A stretch of DNA of 64,000 bases from positions 2,092-66,091 of the forward strand of contig JAKLJY010000020.1 in the NCBI GenBank assembly GCA_023150895.1. The letters are read 5' to 3'. The position numbers and the translations under genes were made by a program. The first letter of the stretch is position 1; every line of letters begins with the position of its first letter. This DNA comes from Myxococcota bacterium. GTDB taxonomy: Bacteria; Myxococcota_A; Bradymonadia; UBA7976; UBA1532. This document shows, one piece after another, positions 38,925-46,937 of this stretch. The notes beneath the pieces are model-generated. The model was not told the origin of the DNA. It saw nothing but the letters and a program-made list of their open reading frames with translations, and ran no database searches.

Positions 38925-40841
38925 ATGCGCCTCGACCCCAACGAGAACGAACTCCCGATCATCGGTCAGACCGGCCCGACCGGCGTGACCCCGGCCGACA
39001 CCGCCGCGCGCGACGGCGTCGACGCGGAGCTCGCCGCCCTCGAAGCCGAGCTCGCCGCCTTCGAGAGCGCCGAGCGCGAACGCCTCGGCCTGCGGGCCGC
39101 TCGCCGCCAGTGGGCGGACGACATGCTCACGCCGACGGTGAAGCGCCGGGAACGCGAGACCATGACCATCCTGGTCGCCGGACTCACCGCCGCCCAGGAC
39201 TTCCTGGTCGAGGGCGCGCTTCGCGGGGTCGGATACAACGTCCGCAGCATCGGCATGCCCGACACGGTCGGGCTTCAGATGGGCAAAGAGTATGGCAATC
39301 GGGGTCAGTGCAACCCGACCTACTTCATGACGGGCAATCTGATCAAAGAGCTGGTCCGCCTGCGGGACGAAGAGGGCCACTCGCCCGAAGACATCGTGAA
39401 GAACTTCGTCTTTCTGACTGCCGGTGCGTGTGGACCGTGTCGTTTCGGCATGTATGTGACCGAATACCGCAAGGTCCTGCGCGACGCGGGCTTCGACGGT
39501 TTCCGCGTCATGCTCTTCCAGCAGCAGGGCGGCCTTGCGCAGGCCACCGGCGAGGACGTCGGGCTCGAATTCAACCCGAAGTTCTTCATCGGGTTGATCA
39601 AGGCACTGGCGGCGGGCGACGTGGTCAACGCGATGGGGTACCGCATCCGCCCGTACGAGGTCGTCCCCGGCACGACGCAGAAGGCCGTCGAGGACAGCAA
39701 GCGCATCCTGTACCGCGCGCTGTTCCAGGGCACGAGCATCTTCACCGCGCTGTACCGCTGCCGGAAGTTGTTCCAGGCGGTCGAAGTCGACCGTCTCCGG
39801 CCCAAGGCCAAGGTCGCGATCATCGGCGAGTTCTGGGCGATGACCACGGAGGGCGACGGCAACTACCACCTCCAGAAGTTCCTGGAGAGCGAGGGCGCGG
39901 AGAACGACATCCAGCTGACGACCGCGTGGCTCCTGTTCAACGTCTGGGAGGTCGAACGCGACACGCGCGAACGCCGCTACCTGAAGTCGGCCGACGGCGG
40001 CGCCCTCGGGCTCGCGCAGTACGACGAGTTCGGGGTCGCGCAGCGGCTCGCGATGCTGCGCCTCGCCGATCGCGCGCTGCGTGTCATGTTCGAGTGTTTC
40101 GCCCGCCCCATCGGCCTGTACGACTTCCACCTGCCTGACATGAACGAGATCGCCGAGATCGCGCTGCCGTTCTATACGAACGACGTGCGCGGCGGCGAAG
40201 GTCACATGGAGGTCGGCAAGCTCATCTACAACGTCACGCACGGCAAGGCCCACATGACGCTGAGCGTGAAGCCCTTCGGGTGTATGCCGTCGAGCAGCGT
40301 GTCCGACGGCGTACAGTCGCTCGTCACGGCCCGCCATCCGGGCGCCATCTACTGCGCCGTGGAGACGAGCGGCGATGGCGCGACGAACTTCTACAGCCGC
40401 GTCCAGATGTTCCTCTTCAAGGCCCGCCAGGCCGCCGAAGAGGAGCTCGCCCGCACCTACACGGAGTGCGGCGTGACCGAGGCCGAGGTGCGCGCCTTCC
40501 TGAAGGCGAACCCGAAGTACCAAAGCCCGCTCCACGTCCCGCCCCACACCAGCCCCTGTACCGCCGCGAGCCTCGTGCGCGAGGTCGCCCCGCTGATCCG
40601 TCAATCGAGGCTCGAACGGGCCACCCGGCGCCTCACCGCCGGCCTCGCCCGCACCCGGGCGGCGATCGAGCGGGGACCCGCCACGGCTCGCGCGGCCGCG
40701 CGGTTCGTCGCGACCGCCGAGAACCGCGCACAGGCGCTCGAGGACGTCAGACTCGTCGGCGAGGTCCTTCGGGGCCGCGCCGGCGGCGCCCTGAAGCCCG
40801 TCTTCGAGAAGATGGGCGTCGGCTCGCTCGTCACCGGTTGA
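38925..40841 (+). CDS. 2-hydroxyacyl-CoA dehydratase / BcrB-C / double-cubane-cluster-protein (DCCP)-like Fe-S protein
   Basis: Conserved Cys motifs GNRGQCNPTYFMTGN and AGACGPCRFGMY typical of the HgdB/BcrB/DCCP superfamily; starts 29 nt after the activase gene with a GGAG RBS. Confidence 0.7.
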   Translation: MRLDPNENELPIIGQTGPTGVTPADTAARDGVDAELAALEAELAAFESAERERLGLRAARRQWADDMLTPTVKRRERETMTILVAGLTAAQDFLVEGALRGVGYNVRSIGMPDTVGLQMGKEYGNRGQCNPTYFMTGNLIKELVRLRDEEGHSPEDIVKNFVFLTAGACGPCRFGMYVTEYRKVLRDAGFDGFRVMLFQQQGGLAQATGEDVGLEFNPKFFIGLIKALAAGDVVNAMGYRIRPYEVVPGTTQKAVEDSKRILYRALFQGTSIFTALYRCRKLFQAVEVDRLRPKAKVAIIGEFWAMTTEGDGNYHLQKFLESEGAENDIQLTTAWLLFNVWEVERDTRERRYLKSADGGALGLAQYDEFGVAQRLAMLRLADRALRVMFECFARPIGLYDFHLPDMNEIAEIALPFYTNDVRGGEGHMEVGKLIYNVTHGKAHMTLSVKPFGCMPSSSVSDGVQSLVTARHPGAIYCAVETSGDGATNFYSRVQMFLFKARQAAEEELARTYTECGVTEAEVRAFLKANPKYQSPLHVPPHTSPCTAASLVREVAPLIRQSRLERATRRLTAGLARTRAAIERGPATARAAARFVATAENRAQALEDVRLVGEVLRGRAGGALKPVFEKMGVGSLVTG

Positions 40842-40950
40842 GGCGGCGCGATCTTCCGGCATCGAGAGGCGTTGACTCCCGGGCCGCCGACCCCGATGGT
40901 TCGGCCCCGCGGAGCCGACGTCCGGCCCCGGCCGTCCGTGCCTCGCCCCG

Positions 40951-42267
40951 ATGACCATCGCCCCCGAGCTCGAAGACTTCACGTTCCGCACCTGGGCGGG
41001 CACCTGTAGCCGCGTTCCGGACCGGCTGTACCGGCCTCGCAACACCGAAGAGGTCGCCGCTGCCATCACCGAGGCTCAACAGGCCGAGGTCAGGCTCCGC
41101 GTGACGGGTCTCGGGCGCGCGTGGTCGGAGGCCGCCTGTCCGGCCGAGCGCGGCTGGTCTCTTTCGACGGCCCGGATGAATCGCGTACTCGAGGTCGACC
41201 GGACGCACCACCGGATCCGCGTGCAGGCCGGCATCCGCATCGAGGACCTCGCGCTCGTGCTCGCACAGCACGGCCTCGCCCTGCCCAACCTGCCGACGTC
41301 GGGCGAGGCGACGCTCGGCGGCCTGTTTGCCAGCGGCGGTCACGGCCTGAGCCCGCAGCACGGCGGACTCGGGACGACGGTGCGGTCGGTCCAGGTGGTC
41401 GACGCGTCCGCGCGGATCCGCGAGTGTTCGGCCGACGACCCGGAGGGCCGAGCCGATCTGCACAGCCACTTCGGCGCGCTGGGCGCGCTCGGGATCGTGA
41501 CCGAGCTCTCTCTCGCCGCCGTCCCCGCGTTCGGTCTCGAGGCACGCACGCGACGCTTCCCGTTCGAGGTCGGCCTGTCGACGCTCGCCGACGCGGTCTC
41601 CCGCTTCGAATACGTGCGGGCGATGTTCTGGCCATACGCCCCCCATCTCTGGCGGACGACCTACGAGCGCACGACGGCCCCCGTCCGCACCGGTGCGCCG
41701 GCCGGCTGGATCCGGACGGGGCTCGTCGGCCGGGACCTCCGGCGCCTGGTGGCCGCGTGGGGCACCTCATTCCCGGAGCAGCTGCCTCGCCTCGCATCGC
41801 TCGCCGGCCGCGTCGGCCCCCTGCCGCCTCGCTGCGGCGCGCGCTCCGATCGACTGCTCCTCTTGCCGCCGGAGCCCATCCACCGGGCGATGGCGTACGC
41901 ACTCCCCCTCGAGGTGCTGCCCGAGGCGTTGTCGAGGCTGCGGGCGGCCATCGAGGGCCCGAGGCTTCCTGCGGACGCCCCCGTCGACGTCTGGTTCTCG
42001 CCACAGGAGAGCGCACCGTTTGCGCCGGCGTTCGGACGCGCGACGGCGACCATCGTCGTGCGCGCGAGCGGCGCCCTCGCCGGGGACGTCGTCTTCCCGG
42101 CCGCGCACGCCGCGCTCACCCCGTTCGCTCCCCGCCCGCACCTCGGATTCCTGCACGCCTTCGATCCGTCGACGCTCTGGCCCGAGGCGCTGCGCACCCG
42201 GGTCCTCGAGGCCGATCCCCAGCATTTGTTTCACAATGATTTCCTGGAACGACTCCTCGCCGCTTGA
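40951..42267 (+). CDS. FAD-linked oxidase (FAD_binding_4 plus ALO/gulonolactone-oxidase-like C-domain)
   Basis: N-terminal FAD-binding PCMH fold (RPRNTEEVAAAITEAQQAEVRLRVTGLGRAWSE), C-terminal ALO-like region; 438 aa. Confidence 0.75.
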   Translation: MTIAPELEDFTFRTWAGTCSRVPDRLYRPRNTEEVAAAITEAQQAEVRLRVTGLGRAWSEAACPAERGWSLSTARMNRVLEVDRTHHRIRVQAGIRIEDLALVLAQHGLALPNLPTSGEATLGGLFASGGHGLSPQHGGLGTTVRSVQVVDASARIRECSADDPEGRADLHSHFGALGALGIVTELSLAAVPAFGLEARTRRFPFEVGLSTLADAVSRFEYVRAMFWPYAPHLWRTTYERTTAPVRTGAPAGWIRTGLVGRDLRRLVAAWGTSFPEQLPRLASLAGRVGPLPPRCGARSDRLLLLPPEPIHRAMAYALPLEVLPEALSRLRAAIEGPRLPADAPVDVWFSPQESAPFAPAFGRATATIVVRASGALAGDVVFPAAHAALTPFAPRPHLGFLHAFDPSTLWPEALRTRVLEADPQHLFHNDFLERLLAA

Positions 42268-42298
42268 ACGCCGCGACGCCCCCCGCCATGCTGCGCCC

Positions 42299-43495
42299 AT
42301 GAGAGTCGCCTCCGGCTGGTCGACCGAGATGGATCCGCTCGTCGCCGTCACGACGGCGTGGAACCACGTCTGCGATCGGCTCGGCGGGCGCCCCTCCATG
42401 CTCCTCGTCCACTGCACGGTGGCGTATGACCCCCAGGCCGTGGCCGCCGCTTTGCGAACCCTCGCGCCGGGCATCCCCATTCAGGGCGCGTCGAGCTGCG
42501 CGGGCGTGATGACCGAGGAGGGGTTTCACGGCACCTGGGGCACGGGCCTCGGCATGCTCGGCATTCTCGACCCGGACGGCGCCTATGGCGTGGGTGTGGC
42601 CCCCATTGGCGACGACCCCCACGCCGCCGCGGCCGCGGCCTGCGCCGCCGCGATCGCCCAGGCGGGTCGCCCCGCCGAGGTGCCGGGTCTGGTCCTGATG
42701 TCGCCCGCCCCCGGGGCGGAAGAGCGCCTGATCGAAGGCATCGAGGCGTTCTTCGGCCCCAACGTCGTCATCACGGGCGGCACCTCCGGGGACATGCTGA
42801 TTGGTGAGCAATCGTTTCAGCTCGCCAACGGGCATGCGCATGGCGGCTCGCTGTCGGTGGCGGTCCTCTTCCCATCGACCGAACTGATGGGGTCGTTTCA
42901 CAGCGGCTACGAGCCGACCGAATCGCGCGGCCGCGTGACCCGGGCCGAGGGACGGACCGTCTTCGAAATCGACGGTCGACCCGCGGGGGACGTCTACGAC
43001 GAGTGGTCCGGCGGCCTGGCGACGGAGTGGGCGCGGACCGGCGGCGGCCCCGTCGTCGCCGACATCTCGATGCATCCGCTCGGGCGCCAGGTCGGCCTCG
43101 CCGGCGGTCAGCCCTATCACCTCCTCGCGCACCCCAAGTCGTTGTCTGCGAGCCGCGCCCTGACGTTCATGACGGAGCTGCCGGTCGGCACCGAGATCGT
43201 GATGCTCAAGGGCAGCCGCGACAACCTCACCCTGCGCGCCGGTCGGGTGATCCGCTCGGCCCTCGAGGGGTCCGCAGCGACGGTCACCGAGGTCGCCGGG
43301 GGTCTGGTCGTGTATTGCGCGGGGTGCATGCTGACGGTCTATGACCGCATGGACGAGGTCGCCGCCAGCGTCCGGGACGCCATGGCCGGTCGACCCTTCC
43401 TCGGCGTGTTCACCCTCGGGGAGCAAGGCTGTTTTCCCGGCGGTGAGAATCGGCACGGCAACCTGATGATCTGCGCGACCCTTTTCGGACGATGA
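42299..43495 (+). CDS. FIST-domain sensor protein (FIST_N + FIST_C)
   Basis: 398 aa from ATG 42299 (MRVASGWSTEMD...); the track ORF starting at 41693 is an in-frame extension across the previous gene; stop overlaps the kinase ATG. Confidence 0.65.
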   Translation: MRVASGWSTEMDPLVAVTTAWNHVCDRLGGRPSMLLVHCTVAYDPQAVAAALRTLAPGIPIQGASSCAGVMTEEGFHGTWGTGLGMLGILDPDGAYGVGVAPIGDDPHAAAAAACAAAIAQAGRPAEVPGLVLMSPAPGAEERLIEGIEAFFGPNVVITGGTSGDMLIGEQSFQLANGHAHGGSLSVAVLFPSTELMGSFHSGYEPTESRGRVTRAEGRTVFEIDGRPAGDVYDEWSGGLATEWARTGGGPVVADISMHPLGRQVGLAGGQPYHLLAHPKSLSASRALTFMTELPVGTEIVMLKGSRDNLTLRAGRVIRSALEGSAATVTEVAGGLVVYCAGCMLTVYDRMDEVAASVRDAMAGRPFLGVFTLGEQGCFPGGENRHGNLMICATLFGR

Positions 43496-45045
43496 GCGAG
43501 ACCGAACACCTTCGCGAGGCCCTGCTCGATCTCGAGCGTGCGCGGCTGCGAGAGCAGCAGCGAAGGCGGGAATCGAGCAGCCTCCAGGCCGGTATGGACG
43601 CCCTGACCGTCTCCGCCGATCGCTCGGCGGTCTTCGGCGGTCTTTTTCAGGCCTTCCGCGCAGCCCTCGACTTCGTCGACGCGTTCGTCGTCGCCCCCGC
43701 AACGGGCAGCGGCGATGGCCCCTGGCGCACGGTCGCGGCGACCTCGCGGACGTTCGAGTCGCTCACCTTCAGCCCCGGCGTCCTGTTCAACCGGGTCCGG
43801 AACGGCACGCCCGCCGCCGTCTTCGACGTCCGGCAGGTCCCCGAGTGGCGGGCCCACGAGACCGAGACCTTCCAATGGGCAGACGAGGACGTGCGCAGCG
43901 CGCTGCACGTTCAGGCCGGTGCCCGGGATCGCCCGGCGATGCTCGTCTTCACGCATGCGAGCCACGGCGCGTTCGGGCCCCGGGAAGCCCGGCTCGCGCG
44001 TCGTTTTGCGCCCCTCGTCTCGCAGGCGCTGCTCAAGGCCGGCCCCGATCGCTGGGCCAACTTCGAGGTGCTGGAGAAGATTGGCAACGGGGGCATGGGC
44101 GAGGTGTACCTCGCGCGGCAGCGGATGGCCGGCGGCCTCGAGCGGCAGGTCATCCTGAAGACGATCCTGCCCGAGCTCGCGCGCCACATGCCCTTCGTTC
44201 ATCAGTTCCTCGACGAGGCGCGGGTCGCCGCCACCCTGAACCATCCGAACATCGTCAGCATCTACGAGGTCGGCGCGTCGGAGGCCGGCTGGTTCATCGC
44301 CATGGAGTACATCCGCGGTCTCGACCTGATGCAGTTGATGAACGCCCACTGGCACAAGGGCGTGCCCGTGCCGGCCCCGGCCATCGCCCTGCTTTTGCGA
44401 GACGCCGCCCGGGGGCTCCATCACGCGCACACGGCGCGGGATGGGGACGGGCGGGACCTGAACATCGTGCATCGCGACGTCAGCCCGCAGAACCTGATGG
44501 TCCGCGTCGACGGGGTGACGAAGGTCCTCGACTTCGGGATCGCCAAGTCCGCGAATCGCCTCGAGAATACGATGCCCGGCACGTTCCGGGGCAAGCTCTC
44601 GTACATGTCCCCCGAGCAGGCGAGCGGCGACGAACTCGACGCCCGCAGCGACCAGTTCGCGCTCGGCATCGTCGGGTGGGAGCTCTGCACGGGCCAGCGC
44701 CTCTTCCACACCGACAGTCCCATGAAGACCATGCGGCGCCTCATGGGGGGGGCCGTCCAGCGACCGCGGACGCTGCGACCGGATCTCCCCGAGGCCCTCG
44801 AGCAGATCGTGCTCCGGATGCTCCGGAGCCGTCGGGAGGACCGCTACCCAGATTGTCGGGCGGTCGCTGCGGCGCTCGAGAGCGTCATTCACCACGGAGA
44901 GGCGATCGACCTCGGCGCGGTCGTCCTCGATTGCGTCAGCACCTTGACGCAACTCGCCCGCGAGCCCGGCAGTGTGTCCGGCGCCGCGTACGGCGGCGAT
45001 GACGCGACCGTCCTGGAGGCGCCGACGTTCGAGGAGGAGCCATGA
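43492..45045 (+). CDS. Ser/Thr protein kinase with an N-terminal GAF-like sensory domain
   Basis: Hanks kinase motifs GNGGMGEVYLA, VILK, HRDVSPQNLMV, DFGIAK, SPE; ~180-aa N-terminal non-kinase domain; ATGA overlap with the FIST gene. Confidence 0.85.
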   Translation: MSETEHLREALLDLERARLREQQRRRESSSLQAGMDALTVSADRSAVFGGLFQAFRAALDFVDAFVVAPATGSGDGPWRTVAATSRTFESLTFSPGVLFNRVRNGTPAAVFDVRQVPEWRAHETETFQWADEDVRSALHVQAGARDRPAMLVFTHASHGAFGPREARLARRFAPLVSQALLKAGPDRWANFEVLEKIGNGGMGEVYLARQRMAGGLERQVILKTILPELARHMPFVHQFLDEARVAATLNHPNIVSIYEVGASEAGWFIAMEYIRGLDLMQLMNAHWHKGVPVPAPAIALLLRDAARGLHHAHTARDGDGRDLNIVHRDVSPQNLMVRVDGVTKVLDFGIAKSANRLENTMPGTFRGKLSYMSPEQASGDELDARSDQFALGIVGWELCTGQRLFHTDSPMKTMRRLMGGAVQRPRTLRPDLPEALEQIVLRMLRSRREDRYPDCRAVAAALESVIHHGEAIDLGAVVLDCVSTLTQLAREPGSVSGAAYGGDDATVLEAPTFEEEP

Positions 45046-45590
45046 AGTCCTTTACCTCGCCCCTCGGGCGCGGCATCGTCCTTTCGATGCCGCTGCTCGC
45101 CGGGCAGTGCCTGCCCGCCCGCGCCGACGGGACGGCCCATCCGGCCCCGGCCGTCGTGCCGTCGGCGTCCGCGCCGGCCGAGCATCCGGCCGATGACCAC
45201 GGCCCCCATGCCCACCATCTCGCCGCCTTCGCCGGGGCGACGACGACGGCCCACGAGACGGCCCCGTCCGCCGGGGCGGACTACTTCTACTACCTGCCGG
45301 TCCTCGACCGCCGGTTGGGCGTCGGGCCAATCGTCGACGCCACGTTCGGGCAACACGTCGAGATCGTCGCCGGTCTCGCTCTCGCGGCCCGGTCGCACGC
45401 AGGATTACAGCTGGCGGCGGCCCCCATCGTCGTTCTCGTCGAAGGGGAGCGCACGTTCGGCGGCCGTCTGAACGTGAACTACGGGTACCACCTGACGGCG
45501 TCGATCTCCGTAGGGCCGAGCGTCAGCGCGGACTTTCTCCCGCATGACACGCTCTACGTCTATGGCCTCTCGGGCGGCCTCGGGTTCTGA
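45042..45590 (+). CDS. Small secreted/outer-membrane hypothetical protein (C-terminal Phe)
   Basis: Signal peptide; His/Ala-rich segment; C-terminal ...YVYGLSGGLGF (beta-barrel-like terminal aromatic); ATGA overlap with the kinase stop. Confidence 0.5.
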   Translation: MKSFTSPLGRGIVLSMPLLAGQCLPARADGTAHPAPAVVPSASAPAEHPADDHGPHAHHLAAFAGATTTAHETAPSAGADYFYYLPVLDRRLGVGPIVDATFGQHVEIVAGLALAARSHAGLQLAAAPIVVLVEGERTFGGRLNVNYGYHLTASISVGPSVSADFLPHDTLYVYGLSGGLGF

Positions 45591-45599
45591 CGCGCCCGC

Positions 45600-46916
45600 C
45601 TACAGCAGGTTGGCCGCCATCTCCGCGAGCTGGCTGCGCTCGCCTTTGCTCAGCGTGACCGTCCCGGCGATGCGCTGCTCGCGGAACCGGTGAACGATGT
45701 GGACGAGGCCGTTGTTCGCCGAATCGACGTAGGGGTTGTCGATCTGGTAGGGGTCGCCCGTGAAGACGATCTTCGTCCCCTCGCCCGCCCGCGTCAGGAT
45801 GGTCTTGACCTCGTGTGGCGTCAGGTTCTGCGCCTCGTCCACGATGATGAACTGATTGGGGATCGAACGACCGCGGATGTAGGTCAACGGTTCGATTTCG
45901 ATGAGCCCGAGTTCGATGAGTTCGTCGTGGCTCCGGCCGTCCTTGCGGTCGGACTGCGTCAGTCCGAGAAGCAGCTCCACATTGTCGTAGATGGGCTTCA
46001 TCCAGGGGTCGAGCTTCTCCTCGACCGTTCCCGGCAGGTAGCCGATGTCGCGTCCGAGGGGGAAGATCGGCCGGCTGACCAGCACCCGCTGATAGGCCTG
46101 CTCCTCGGTGACCTTGAAGAGGGCGGCGGCGAGCGCGAGCAGCGTCTTGCCCGTGCCGGCCTTGCCGACGAGCGTCACGAGTTTGACTTCGTCGTCGAGC
46201 AGCAGGTCGAGTGCGAAGCTCTGCTCCTTGTTGCGCGGGGTAATGCCCCAGATGGCCTCCCGGCGCTTGGGGAGCGTCCGCAGTCGACCGGTCTCCACGT
46301 CGTGCCGGGCGAGGACGAACTGACCGGCCCGGGCCTCGTTGCGGAGCATCACGTACTCGTTGGCGCAGAGCTTCAGCTCCGGGAATGAGAGTGTGCCCTC
46401 GCCCGCGATGGCGAACTGCTCTGCAGTGACCGTGATCTCGCGGTGGCCGGGGTAGAGCTCGCTGATCTCGATGCGCGTCGCGTCGTAGTCCTCGGCGATG
46501 AGACCGAGGGCATCGGCCCGGATCCGCAGGTTCGCGTCCTTCGTGACCAGGATCACCGGCCCGGTCCCGTTGATGCGGTCCTTCAGCTCGAGGGCGCACG
46601 TCAGGATCATGTTGTCGTATTGATGACGTGCGGTGAACGCGCTGTCGCGCGGCCGCTTCGCCTCGATGAACGCGATGCGCAACGTGCCGCCCGACTCGAG
46701 CGGGACACCCTTCGCAATGCTGCCCTGCGCGCGCAGATCGTCGAGCAGGCGCGAGAATTCGCGCGCATTTCGGCCGAGTTCGCTGAGATCCTTCTTGAAC
46801 TGGTCGAGCTCCTCGACCACGTAGATGGGCAGCACCACGTCGTTGTCCCCGAACCGGAGGGCTGCCCGCGGTTCGTGGAGGATGACGTTGGTGTCCAGAA
46901 CGAATGTCTTGCGCAT
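45600..46916 (-). CDS. PhoH2-type protein (N-terminal PIN domain fused to a PhoH-like ATPase)
   Basis: PIN: MRKTFVLDTNVILHEP...; PhoH: VTLVGKAGTGKTLLALAAAL (Walker A), IIVDEAQNLT (Walker B). Confidence 0.85.
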   Translation of the reverse strand: MRKTFVLDTNVILHEPRAALRFGDNDVVLPIYVVEELDQFKKDLSELGRNAREFSRLLDDLRAQGSIAKGVPLESGGTLRIAFIEAKRPRDSAFTARHQYDNMILTCALELKDRINGTGPVILVTKDANLRIRADALGLIAEDYDATRIEISELYPGHREITVTAEQFAIAGEGTLSFPELKLCANEYVMLRNEARAGQFVLARHDVETGRLRTLPKRREAIWGITPRNKEQSFALDLLLDDEVKLVTLVGKAGTGKTLLALAAALFKVTEEQAYQRVLVSRPIFPLGRDIGYLPGTVEEKLDPWMKPIYDNVELLLGLTQSDRKDGRSHDELIELGLIEIEPLTYIRGRSIPNQFIIVDEAQNLTPHEVKTILTRAGEGTKIVFTGDPYQIDNPYVDSANNGLVHIVHRFREQRIAGTVTLSKGERSQLAEMAANLL

Positions 46917-46937
46917 GGCTCCTCGATGGGCCGCTTG

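Noticed and set aside
38583-41069. 828-aa minus-strand ORF spanning the activase/HgdB-like genes
   Set aside because: Antisense artefact overlapping two plus-strand genes with strong domain evidence.
41693-42298. 5' extension of the FIST ORF across the FAD-oxidase gene (track ORF 41693-43495)
   Set aside because: Out-of-frame overlap with a conserved FAD-oxidase C-domain; the Arg-rich extension is non-coding-like; start moved to ATG 42299.
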